From: Podarcis tiliguerta
Taxonomy: Eukaryota
Assembly (NCBI GenBank): GCA_965153285.1
Contig: OZ229113.1
Length of the DNA: 64,000 bases
Direction: 5' to 3' (one strand)
A program made the position numbers and the translations under genes. This document shows, piece by piece, positions 22,518-34,597 of this stretch. The notes below the pieces were generated by a model. It was not told the origin of the DNA, did no database searches, and saw only the letters and a program-made list of their open reading frames with translations. Within the stretch, counting starts at the first letter, position 1. The number at the start of each line of letters is the position of its first letter.

Positions 22518-25047
22518 TACCCTGAATGTCCTAAGGCTTTTTTTTTTTTTTTTTTAGGTTTGGGGTAGTAGTTAATCTATATCTAATTTAACCTCAAAAT
22601 AGTCTATTGAGCAGATTTATTTGACTGGACTTAACCGTCCAGCGGTCCTCTACCTACCTTTCACGTTTATTATCATTACCAAAGTACTTAATTATAGATT
22701 GCAACCCTACATATATTTACCTAGGAGGAAGCTCCATGGAAGACAATTGAGATTACTTTTGCTTACCCATGCATAGGATTGCACCACAATGTGTGCGTGT
22801 TTCGAATCAACAAACAAAAAAGTGGCAGGAGGGAGATGCCCAGAGGTTTCCAGTGGTGAATTGTCTGGTAATTCAGAATGCTTTCCAGCAGAGAGCCCTT
22901 GACATCATAAAATATCAAATGCCATCTGCCTCCAGGCATTGCTTAACTTCTGTAGGGGGAATTTTCCACATTCAGTTTTTTCAATATCTGATGAGTGACA
23001 AGCAAGCTCACTAAGAAACAAATACTTCTATTAACCCAGAGGCATTTGAAATATCTGTTCCTTTCATCATGGCTTATTTTACGTCTACTGTATTTTCTTA
23101 CTATCAAGTTTTATTAGAAATTTGCCAGCATAACTTAGGAATAGTTGCACCTTGTTATGCAGCCCAAACTAGCAAGTCCAGGAATGAGAGAGATATATAT
23201 TTTATATTTTATATATACAGGCACGTCCACCTTCTTGTCCTGTTGAAATGTTACTGCATGTGCTCTGTTGTGAGAGTTAACGTCTCAGGACTGCTGGGCG
23301 GCAGGCTGCCTCTGAGCTCTTAAAGGGGCCGGCAGGATCCCCATGTCTGGACTTGGCAAACCCATTGTTAGATGGTGGCATTCCCTGACTGCTTTAATAG
23401 GTGAGATAAATGGCAGGAAATGACATGCCTCCTTTCACTCCGTAATGTAAATAAGTGCAACCGTCAAGCCAAGTAAGTAGAAGCGTGTTATCCTAACCAA
23501 CGTGCATTACATAAGGAACCTGTGAGCCTCCAGATGTTGTTAAATTCCATCTCCTGAACATTGACCATTCTGTGTGGGGCTGATGGAAACTGGAATCCAA
23601 AAACATCTGGAGGGACGCAGGTTCCTCACCACTGCATTACATAACGCTCACTCACTGTCCATTGCTTTACTCAGCTTTACAATTTCCCATATGTAACACT
23701 AAACTTTGGCCTTTCCTTTGCATTCCTTTATCAGTGCTGGCAGGTCCATGCAGCAGCCATATGCAGTGCTTGCTTCTCCAAGCAAGTTAGCAAGCGTTGC
23801 AAACAGCTTTTTTGGTGGAGAATGCACCACTGTCATGCACAACAAATGCTTTTGCAAGCATTACTAGGACTTTCCAAATGTATTTTTTCTAGACGGATTG
23901 CATTAATGATGGATTAGATCTCAGTTACACAGCAGGACTTCATTACAAGTAGACATGAATAGGAGAGTGCTGAACTTCAACAAAGGCATACCTAGAGCTC
24001 TTGGGAAGGAGATGTATCAGCACCCACAACCTGCCCCTTCAGTCACTTGTGCCCTTGGCAAAGAGATGCATTGGCCCCTCAGAAGCCAGGAAAGACCATG
24101 GACCAGAAACTGAAAAAGTTTGCTTTGTGTCACCTTTTATGCCATGCCACCAGTGACTTCCTCTGCAGCCACCAGGATCAGGTCTGCTCTGCTCCTCCTT
24201 CTCCTCTATTGGTCTGTCTGAGCACACAGATGGGCAGGCTCCTAGCTACTCCAAGCCAGAGTGCAGAGGCACAGTTTTTGCATCCCACTTCAGGGGAGGG
24301 GGCAACTGACCAATACCTGGGTATGCCCCTGCACCTCTATAGAAAGGGGGAGGGGAGAAATTGAGTGTCTACCAGATGTTTACTTCCTGAAAAAAATATG
24401 CAGACTGAAATGCAGGTATCCTTTTCCAGGTTTTGCAATGCAGTTAAAAAAGAAAAGAAAAAAGAAAGGTGTTACAAAAATGCATTATGTTCAGAGAAAG
24501 TTTGCATAAAAGTGCATATATATATCAGTGTAAATAACTTACTAAAAATGCAGTGAACTCCCATAGTGGGACTTCATCCCTGGTGAGTAATTAAAGGTTT
24601 GCAGCCTCAGCAATGGGTGGGAGCATCTGTAACTCCAAATTTAGCACTTGCTACATACCGGTAACTAAACCAAAATTCTGAGAGAAGGCCTTCATCACTC
24701 AATGAAACATGAGGTCTATTAGGGGCTGGGCCTTCCCAACCCTACAGAAATGGTGTATCATGAATTGTATATATGACACCTGGTCTTGAGCCACTGTTGT
24801 TGCCCTTGGGGATGCAGAAAGCAAAGGAACTGGCCTGCAAGCCTTTCTCTCTGATGCATGATACACAATAACTTGTTACTCTGTGGAGAGCATGTGCACT
24901 CTGTATGTGTTTAGGGGAACTAGCTCTAGTTCCTATCACAGCTATATTTTCGTCTGTTTCAGTGCATATGCTAAAGAGCAGATGAACCTGCTTCAGTTGA
25001 GCATTGGCCTGTTGTAAATTATTAGTACAATTAAGCCCAACAGTATA

Positions 25048-25081
25048 ACAACAACAAAACAAAACAAAACAAAACAAAACA
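25048..25081. repeat. (CAA)n/(CAAAA)n microsatellite
   Basis: Directly visible. Confidence 0.9.
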
Positions 25082-27677
25082 CCTGAAGTACAAATCTTCT
25101 CACTGGGATTTCGTCACCTGGATCCTACACTACATTTTTGTCTCACTACAAAAAAGTATCTTTCCCACTTCATTGATCTGGGCTGCCTCACAGTTAATTT
25201 CATGTCAATTTTTTTGGTTCACCTTTAGTGGATTACCTGATACTTTTCCTCAGGGCTCAATACTGACACTCACTGTGTGAGCGAATGTTTTTACAAGTGG
25301 GCCACATTTACGAAAGCATTCTTCCACCCCTAGGATTTCATCAGCTACGTCCATGTGTGTATTTATTATGCTAATAATCCGTTACAGCTACATTTGAAAT
25401 ATATAGTATTAGTTGTAGTGTTTCCAGCATACGGCCCATTGGTACTGGCAATCATGTTCCTTAAATTATGGATTTTCTTTTCACTTAAAAAACACAGAGA
25501 GAAATAGCTGGGCAATGTAACTTTTAAACCTGCATTCTACCAAAAGCAGCTGAAGTTAACTCTGTGTGTCAAAACTGGAAACTTCCCATTACACCTTAAT
25601 GGTGAAGTAAAGCTCTCCCACACTTTCTCAGAGTGCCTCTTTTCACCCTAGAGAGAAGAACCACTTCCTGTCTCTAAAGGAGAGCCGAGGAGAACTCTTG
25701 AATTTCTATATTACATGGTTTTCCTGAATACAATCCACTTTGTAGAAAAAAATTGGGACAGATGTTGCGGTTTAACTCCCATCAACCCCAAATAGAATGG
25801 TCTGTAGTCCAGGAAGATGCCAGGGGTGGCCCTCTAGATATTGTTGGGCTCTGGGTTCATCACTCCTATGTACAGAAAGCATGAACAGGTAGTATAAATG
25901 GAACATCCTCCTGAATAGAAGTCTCTAACGTTGTTTCCATTGGACCACATGACCACAAAACGTATCGTCTTTCCAACAGCTGTGGTAATGGACTCTACGT
26001 TTCAATGTTTGTCAGCTCACTTGGTACATTGAGACAAAATGAAGTGCTTCCTGTGGCAATATTCAGCTGATAAAGGGAACTGTAAAGTTATGGAGTGTGT
26101 AAACTGCAGAGTTATTCTTGCAGACTTGCAAGATAATGAATGAAATTGACAGGAACTGCCAAACCAGTTTAACTGAGCTTTAATGCACTATTGATCAATT
26201 ACGTTCAGCCACAGTGCCTTATATCTTTGGAAAGGTAAGTGAAGAAAGGTAAACTAAGTTAGATATGATGTTTCTAATAACATACAGCTCTGCCTTGAAT
26301 CTCATATTCTCTTCAAATATAGTATCCATATTGCCTTAAAAGTCACCTGTTATCGTGGAAATGTAGAAAACCAAACTGAAGACTCGACATATTAGAAAGC
26401 AAGAGAAACTGAAACTGATAGATCACATGTTAGCAATTCTTTGTCATGCCTGGAAGGAAGTTCCCTGCCTGGGTCTCGCCACCAACCATCACCTGTGCTT
26501 TCATACTAACATCAAGCAGCCTTATGCCCAGTAGTGTGGCAGCATCTATGGAATCAAATCACAGGGCAATATTGCAGTAAATGATCAGGCACCAATTTTT
26601 CCAATGGCTCTGCAAAAGAAAAAAAGCACCCCATTAAATCTATGAGTAAATGAATCTGCTGGTGGTCACAATAGCTCATTAAATAGGGCTTACAGAAGAG
26701 AGGGAAAGAAGGAAGTCATTTTCACATAGAGACACCATCAGGGCAGGACTCCGGGGCTGATGTCCAGGGGGCCCCACTCAGTAGAAGGAGCAGGAAGGCT
26801 TCCAAATGCAGTAGGACGGATATGACACATGTTTAAGTCAGCTAAACAATATTGCCATCTAAAGAAACCCCACTGGAAGACTGTCCAGAGTCCAGAATTC
26901 TCTAACTGGAGCCCCATTTATCAGATTTATTTTTTAATCATTTGGAACAGGACTGGCAAGCCTTTTAAGCCAGAGGACCACATTCCCCTCTGAGCAACCT
27001 TCTATTTAAGTGGACAGATTCAATAAACCAGAATTTTACCAATGTTCAGTAGGCTAGTTTCTTCACACACATCCCCTTCTATCCTCGATTCAGGCAATGA
27101 AGATGCTTATCATCAGATTCCTGCCAGCAGAAAGGGCTCACTAGGTAGGGCAGAGCAGCTACACTAACTTCCTGGCAGCTGGGCCCCTGTTGCTTACCAG
27201 GAGGGGTGAGGTTGATGGGGAGGTCAGCAATGTATGAATTGGTGCATTTGCACTGCACAGACTCCCACCACCACTTTGCCCCTCCCCATCCTGGTAAGTA
27301 ACAGCAACTTACCTGCCAGGAAACTAGCACAACTAGCAGGAAACTAGCAAGATGCCTCTACCAGCCAGCCTAAAACATACTAAGTAAAAGAACATAAGCT
27401 TTACTACCCCACCCCCTCTCTCCCATCCCCCCCTCTTTTCTTCCCAGCCCTATACTGCATATAACACCAATGTCTCACAACAAATGTAACTGATCTGTAG
27501 AAAACACAACCTGAAGAAAGAGACAATGCATGTGCTTTTGTAAACGAAGAAGATCTTTAATATTATTTTTTTTAAGTGGGATTAGTGAGGGATGTGGCTT
27601 GGGAAATTTGTGGCCTGGAGAGAATCCTGAGGGCCATATTTGGCTTCTTTGGCTCACATGCCTCAAATTCTCCTCAA

Positions 27678-28000
27678 TAATAATAATTTTATTATTTTTA
27701 TCCCACCCATCTGACTGGGTTGTCACAGCCATTCTGGGCGGCTTCCAGCAACACCATAAAACATCAAACATTAAAAACTTCCCTATACAGGGCTGCCTTC
27801 AGATGTCTTCTGAATAGATGTTTATCTGTTTTCCTTCTGATAGGAGGGTATTTTACAAGTTGGGTGCCACTACCAAGAAGGCCCTCTGCCTGGTTCTCTG
27901 TAACTTCACTTCTTGCAGTGAGGGAACTGCCAGAAGGCCCTCGGAGCTAGATCTCAGTGTCTGGGCTGAACAACAGCGGTGGAGATACTCCTTCAGGTAT
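27678..28000 (-). mobile_element. L2-like LINE 3' end
   Basis: A TAT-rich tail is followed by ctgggcggcttccagcaac...ggtgccactaccaagaaggccct...gagggaactgccagaaggccc...cttcaggtat. Related fragments lie at 18190-18250, 44610-44800 (+) and 54765-54870. Confidence 0.6.
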
Positions 28001-28181
28001 GTAGAGACTGTTTTAGAATTTGTACAAATTTGTGAGATTTGTACAAAAAGTAACTAGTAAACTATTATAATACTAATTATTATTATGGGATATGCTATAT
28101 TCAGACTGTGTATTCTTTCTTCTTATTTGTATGTAAATGTGTGTGGGGGGGTTTTCTTTTGAAGCAGGTAATGGAAACAGA

Positions 28182-28526
28182 GGGACGCGGGTGGCGCTGT
28201 GGGTTAAACCACAGAGCCTAGGACTTGCTGATCAGAAGGCCGACGGTTCGAATCCCCATGACGGGGTGAGTTCCCATTGCATGGTCCCTGCTCCTGCCAA
28301 CCTGTTCAAAAGCACATCAAAGTGCAAGTAGATACATAGGTACAGCTCCAGAGGGAAGGTAAACGGCATTTCCATGCGCTGCTCTGGTTCGCCAGAAGCA
28401 GCTTAGTCATGCTGGCCACGTGACTCGGAAGCTGTATGCCGGCTCCCAATAAAGCAAGATGAGCGCCACAACCCCAGAGTCGATCTTGACTGGACCTAAT
28501 GGTCAGGGGTCCCTTTACCTTTACCT
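28182..28526 (+). mobile_element. Sauria SINE, full length, ~260 bp downstream of the CLDN14 stop (antisense to CLDN14)
   Basis: Head and tail intact; perfect TSD TAATGGAAACAGAG at 28169-28182 and 28527-28540. Confidence 0.94.
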
Positions 28527-28786
28527 TAATGGAAACAGAGCTCTATACAGCAGAAGTTCATATACTGACCATGATTCCACAGATAAAGAAAGTTACATGC
28601 TCTAGAATCTAAGTGTCCGTAATTTTTAATTGGGAGTTTCAAAGCATTTTTTAAAAAAAAATTACACATATTCTTTACATGAACAGCGAAGCAGAGGTAA
28701 ACATTGTATGAAAATGACTGTACATTAATAACACCACCTTGAAAACACCCCACATACTGAGATTATAAAAGTAGATTCCAGAGAAC

Positions 28787-29494
28787 TTACACATAGTCAT
28801 TTAACCTGTAACCACTGTGAGAAGCAGAAGTTAGTGATGAGGTGTGGTTTGCCTTGTAGGCCACTGGGGGTCTGTAGGCTGGAGCTGCCCTTGTACTCCT
28901 CGGCTGCGAGTGGTAGGTTAAATCGTTCCCAGTACGTTGACATGAAACGCAGAGGATGGTTCCACCAATGATACTCAATGAAGCACAAACAAAGCCAAGG
29001 TAAAGGGCTTGCCCGATCTCATACTTCATCCCATTGGGCAGCATTGGGTTGTAGAAATCAGTTACCACATCATTGGTTGACCAAGAAACAGGGACGAGGC
29101 ACACGAGCCCCGCCAGTATGAAAAGGACTCCGCCCAAGACAGCAAACACGTTTTTGGCAGAGGACCCTTTGACGCACCTGGTGCACTCCATGCCAAAAAC
29201 AGCAACCACGCAGGCCAAGGTGGAAAGAACACAGGAAATCACCATCATGGCACGGGCTGCTTGGAGGTCACGAGGCAAAGCCAGAGGAGAGTGGTGAAGC
29301 TGGCACTGATAGATGCCAGTGCTGTGCCAAACGCATTCCATCCAGAGACCCTTCATGTACGCTACAGCCGTGATGATGTTGGTCCCCACGTGGGCTGTTC
29401 TCCACCAGTGAGGCAGGATGGTCGCAGTTATTGTCCCAGCAAGACCGAGAAGACTCAGGAAGAAGCCCAGTAACTGAATAGCCATGCTGGCCAT
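28787..29494 (-). CDS. CLDN14: Claudin-14, 235 aa, single coding exon
   Basis: [18 protein letters not shown]...[36 protein letters not shown] (claudin W-GLW-C-C signature). It has four hydrophobic segments and the C-terminus [11 protein letters not shown] (CLDN14-type PDZ motif). Strong Kozak aacATGG at 29494. Convergent with CHAF1B as in known amniote synteny. Confidence 0.96.
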   Translation of the reverse strand: MASMAIQLLGFFLSLLGLAGTITATILPHWWRTAHVGTNIITAVAYMKGLWMECVWHSTGIYQCQLHHSPLALPRDLQAARAMMVISCVLSTLACVVAVFGMECTRCVKGSSAKNVFAVLGGVLFILAGLVCLVPVSWSTNDVVTDFYNPMLPNGMKYEIGQALYLGFVCASLSIIGGTILCVSCQRTGNDLTYHSQPRSTRAAPAYRPPVAYKANHTSSLTSASHSGYRLNDYV

Positions 29495-29610
29495 GTTAAT
29501 GTTTGTCCTGGTTATACTGCTCGGTGCAGTATCTTGGTTGGGGCTCCTTCTGAAAGCACAGCCTCTCCCGGGAGATATATGGCAGGTTTGCTTTGACACC
29601 TTCTGGATGC
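29495..29610 (-). other. CLDN14: 5' UTR part of the CLDN14 coding exon
   Basis: Minus-strand acceptor cttcttgttccgcaattacttctttattag|G, with AG at 29612-29611. Confidence 0.65.
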
Positions 29611-29809
29611 CTAATAAAGAAGTAATTGCGGAACAAGAAGTTAAACATTATACGAGTGCATTACTCCAGTGACCAGTAAGGTGCATTCCAGAGGCAGTTA
29701 GTGTGATTATTAGCATATTTAACCCACTTTAATGCGCTCTGTGAAAACGGTGGGAAAGTAATTGCTTCTTGTTATTTACACCTGCCCTGTCTGCTCCATG
29801 AGGAATAAC

Positions 29810-29812
<3 letters not shown>

Positions 29813-29842
<30 letters not shown>
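29813..29842. repeat. (GT)n microsatellite
   Basis: Directly visible. Confidence 0.95.
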
Positions 29843-29845
<3 letters not shown>

Positions 29846-31235
29846 CCCATATAAGATATAACACTGAAAAATACTTTAAAAGAAACATTTTGTCTTCTTA
29901 ACAGGCTTTCTAAAATACCTATTTCCTTTAAACAACAACAACAGCAAGATTAGAACGCTCTCAAATTCCTATGGAACAGAGGGGGAAAAGATTTATGAAG
30001 CAGGAGCCTAAAAGCTACTTTGCAGGATAAAAACATTTCCAAAAGGTCATAGCAGGATTACAAAAACAATGATGCTGTGTTTGCTCAAACTGAAAAGCAA
30101 CTAAAGTGATTTTTTTTAAAAAAGGCTTCTAGAAGAGGGTAAAGCACAGTGGATTACAGTTCCCTTTCCCACTTCCCAATATTTCTTGAGATGGTGTTGT
30201 TTTAATAAAGGAACCTGAAGGGGAATAATTTTCATTAGCCCCCATGGAGACTCTGGTTATGGCTTTAATCTAGATGACAGCATGTGAAACCAGATGTGTA
30301 TCATGCAGCTTCTGAGAGGTGGTACCTTCACAGTTATAGAAAACATCCTATAATAAATTCAAGCTGAAACACCATGAAAGAAATATAGGCCCTTCCACCT
30401 GTGTAAATCTTAGTTTCAGTGATCTCTGCTAATGCTTCATTTGCAAGCTGCCTGGAAAAGCTGTGTGAGAGAAAGAGAGTGTGATCAAAAACTCTGAAAG
30501 TTAAAACATGAAGTAACTGTTGAGTCAAAATCCAAATAGGATCCAAGGGGAAAAGAAGCAAAATAATAGATCTGTGCACCAACCAGATGATTCAGTTCAG
30601 ACCCGGATTCAACACTTCAGAAAACAGCTGTCTGAGCTGGACTGGGGTCTGAGGCCAAGTCCACAAGAAAAAAGACAATGTTCCCTGCCCCATTTGCTGT
30701 TGACATTTTTTAGAAATGTCAGTGTTCCCCCCTATTTACAGGAGTAGATGAAATTTGCAGACATAGCAGCCTGTCCAGAATGGATAAAGTGTACCAAATT
30801 ATAGTCAAACAGGTCCAGGTTTTTTGATGTTGATGTTGTTCTGAATGCATTTAAAGTTTGGTGCTTATTTGAGCCTGTTTCATGACTGTTCATTTATGGA
30901 GGATAGGTTTTAATAAACTCTATTATAGATTTTGTTATATAATTATGTACGCCCCCTAAATCTGTTCTGAGTTTCCACCCCAACCCTCTGGATCAAATTT
31001 TGGGAAGGTGTGGAGAGAAGCGAGGAAACGGAAGTTCTGCTGAGTGAATGGAAATTCTTGCACTAACTATTTTGTTTGTTGCCATCCATAATCTCTATTA
31101 TAGATTGCTGTACATTGCAAATTAGATTTAGAATTATATTTCATTCATAAGGCTTAATACACCATAAACTTAAACTGCACAAAACAGGTAGGATTAGAAT
31201 CCAGATCTCCCATGGCCAAATCCAATATCCTATTG

Positions 31236-31371
31236 CAGGCATAGACAAACTCAGCCCTCCAGATGTTTTGGGACTACAACTCCCATCATCCCTGACCACT
31301 GGTCCTGTTAGCTAGGGATGATGGGAGTTGTAATCCCAAAACATCTGGAGGGCCGAGTTTGCCTATGCCTG
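31236..31371. mobile_element. hAT-type foldback MITE, young copy
   Basis: Near-perfect 136-bp palindrome CAGGCATAGACAAACTC...GAGTTTGCCTATGCCTG; perfect 8-bp TSD TCCTATTG at 31228-31235 and 31372-31379. Confidence 0.93.
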
Positions 31372-34300
31372 TCCTATTGGATGGGATCATTGAATAGTGC
31401 TGCAGGATATCAGGTAGAATAACCTTGCATCACACATTTGCTTTCTCGGTCACTCGGTTAAATAAGACATTTAATAGTCATGTTCCATGAATAAAATGGA
31501 AGTGTCAAGGTAAAATACAGTCACCACTAGATATGATGACTCTTGTACATGTGAACTAAAATTGCTCGTTGATGGTTTTTCTTTCAGTATAGCATACTTT
31601 CTTTAACTGCAGCACAATAACATCTGCATGTATGTTATACTGATCTTTGCACTTGTACGTGTGTGTGTGTGTTTAGAATTGCCAGAAGAACATTCTAATT
31701 TGGTGCACTCTGCTTTTGGTTCCACTGTATTCAGCTCAGGAGCTTCCCTGTCCTATGATTGAGATGTTTGCAAATATTTCTATCTACACAACAAAGGCAT
31801 TCAAGAGCACAGTTGGGCACTTTTAAGTCCTTTTGAAATCAGTAGGGTTTAGTTGCACCTAATGTTGCCCCTAAGGCTTATGGGCATTACATTTACTCCC
31901 TTTATATATATTATATTATATCTACCATAGGTTCTCATTCTTTGCGCCAGCTCCATCTATATGCTCTTTGTCTAGGGTATCCATTAAAAAAAACCCTGAT
32001 AGACTCAGAGAAATAAAAAAAATGAACAAATAGAAATATAAATTATAGGAGAATCTTCCCTATAAGATCAGTAATATTAACTCCATTTAATTGATGGGGA
32101 AAGTAACCTTTGAGAAATTAGCCTCCTTACCTGAATTTATGCAAGAAGCCTAAAGAAGACTTGAGCTTTTCTTTCTGTGTCCTAATCCAGAGACTTATCG
32201 GCCAAATCATCCTCTTTGCCTTTTAATTTCAGTTCTTTGGTGCTCCAATTCTTTCCTTGACCTTTTATTCATGTACAGAGACCCATCCTTGGTACACTCC
32301 TGGTTTTGATTTCTCCCAGTTAATTAAACATCCTGTCATACCTGTATGCACCATGCGTTGTGTACTCTTTGAGAGCTCATCTTAGGTCTTTATGAGAAGG
32401 CCTTTCAAGGTCAGGCCTTAAGCTTCAATGCTAATCCCAAAGAGAATAGAATATAAAAGGTAAATGCGATTTACGCCATTAGTCACAGGAAACAGGCTCC
32501 AAGTTTAATGGAGGTCATGATACTCAATGGCAAGCCAGCTGCTATTTTTAGAAATCATTAAGGTGTTATTTTTAAATTCTAACTATTGCAGACTTTCTAA
32601 TTTGGGAAACTGGTGTTAATTAGCCTCACTTGTTTGACGTCATGTTTTCCACAGTCCCTTCCTTACAGACCCTGCCAGCTGCTACTGGCGTTAAGAATGG
32701 CTTTAACTGCTATGGGGACGGCTTTTCACCTTCTGCTTAACAACTGTAAATTAACACATGTATCTCAAAGAGCATCAAAGACTTGTAAAAGCATTGCCAT
32801 CTGTACCATTTATTTCCAGCCACCTTGCTGCCAACATGGCTGCCTGAGTTACTGCTGTCCAACGGCATCTGTGGCTAAAGACACAAGGCAATAAAGGCAT
32901 GTTAACAGTGAGCAAATCTACATGCCATAAGAAACTGATAGATGGGAAAACAAATTATTTCTTCATTCCATAGGTAATAACAAAATTGATCATCTCATGT
33001 ACAATTCAGAGTGTCATAATCTGTTAAGTAACTGATCACAACAACAACAACACATAGCATGCACAGGGTGAAATGTCTAAAAGCTTGCACCGCAAAGGTA
33101 TCTAAAACCATTTCTTCATCTATATATCCATTCTGTTGGCTAGCAGGAATTCAGTTTTTGGTGATTTGACCTTAAAAAAGAAAGAAAAGAAAACACTCAC
33201 CAAACCAGTGTCAGCAAGAAACCATTCCAGGCACATTATTATATCTATGAAGAGATAAGATAACTCAACAGATAATGAGGTAAAAATGCATGCAAAATCT
33301 TAAAATGTCCTGATATTGTCTCATATTTCACTCAACTCTCTACCAGTCCATTTCCAAGTGACAAGGTGCTGGTGTTTAACCCAAAAGCCCCCCTTGGCTT
33401 GAAAGGTTTCTAAAGGAACAAAGTTTCCCATATTAACTGGCTGTGGACTGAAATAATCCTTGGAAACTTTATACCAGGTGCTCCCACCGTCTGACAACAA
33501 CTGGGAGGCAATCAGAGATAGGGCCTTCTTGGTTAGAACATCCCACGTATGGAATTTTTTCCTGTTTTTAAATGTATTTTTGCCCACTACCATTTGACTA
33601 TTTTGTTTAAAAAAAACCTTGAGAAAATCTCAACTGCAGAAGCCATTCAGACCTATACAGGCAACCAAGTTGCCAATTGTATTGTATGACAAGCTCATAA
33701 ATCCATATTCTCACTTGACTCTGAAATGTAGCTAACAAGATTATTTCCCTAATGGAAAAAATGCTATAGAGAGAGAGATAAAACGACAACATTTAAGGCA
33801 ACATTGCTGCCAGTTTTAGAATATCCTATCCATAAGACTGGGCTTTATTTGCCTAATAACTTAACTGTCCTTGTTTTTCTTCCCTCTGTCCTTTCCATTT
33901 AACAGAAGGTCTGCTGATGTTTGCAATAATGTTTTTTGCTAAATGTACCAATGATCTGTGGTTATTTGATTCAGGGGTTGTTTGTTGGTTATGTGATGCA
34001 TTTATATCAAAATGTTAGTGGGGTAACAAAGTGCCTAATTCATGTTGAAAATTTTATACTGTTAACGTTCCACTGAAAACTATTAATAATAATAAGAGAT
34101 ATTGTGATATGGAAAGGCTGAAAGGCTGCTTAGTGAATTCTGGGATTACTTCCATTCCTTTTCCACAGTCACACAAATATTTTAAGTAAGCTGTTTTGAA
34201 AGTCATCAGAATGTTTGAAGGTTTCCATACTTTAAATAAAGCATTTAAGCTGGGCATGGCGAAGTGATGAATAACACTCTGGATGAGGTGGTTGGTTTTG

Positions 34301-34473
34301 TTGAATTTTTCTTCAAGAGTACTAGAATATGGAGATAAACATTTTGAGCAGCATTTTACTCAGTTCGAGATCCAAATAATTCACGATGACCATCGTAGCC
34401 ATGTTGTTCCTAAAAGATTATGAACATCAGGCAGGCTTTCAATTCATAGCTAAGAAGAGGCCCATTTTCATCT

Positions 34474-34597
34474 GATCATAGAGTTCAAAGGGATTCTGCA
34501 GATCATCCAACTCCCTGCAATGCAGGAATACGCAGTTGTCCCATATGGGGATGAAACCTGAAACCTCGGCATTATCAGCACCACCACTCTATCCAAC
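34474..34597 (-). mobile_element. SINE with tRNA-Ile-like head and CR1-like tail (Squam3-like)
   Basis: The minus strand reads gttggatagagtggtggtgctgataatgccgaggtttcaggtttcatcccc (decayed tRNA-like) then ttcctgcattgcaggg...ccctttgaactctatga. Confidence 0.65.

Noticed and set aside
28065-28073. Match to the miR-374 seed downstream of CLDN14
   Set aside because: To my knowledge miR-374 is restricted to placental mammals. The site is a low-complexity AT-rich word and may lie outside the UTR.
28787-29599. 270-aa version of CLDN14 in the ORF track
   Set aside because: It starts at a GTG. The homologous start with a strong Kozak context is the ATG at 29494 (235 aa).
34520-34597. tRNA-Ile-like sequence; also the A/B boxes in Sauria SINE heads
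   Set aside because: Degenerate and fused to retroposon tails, so these are SINE heads rather than tRNA genes.
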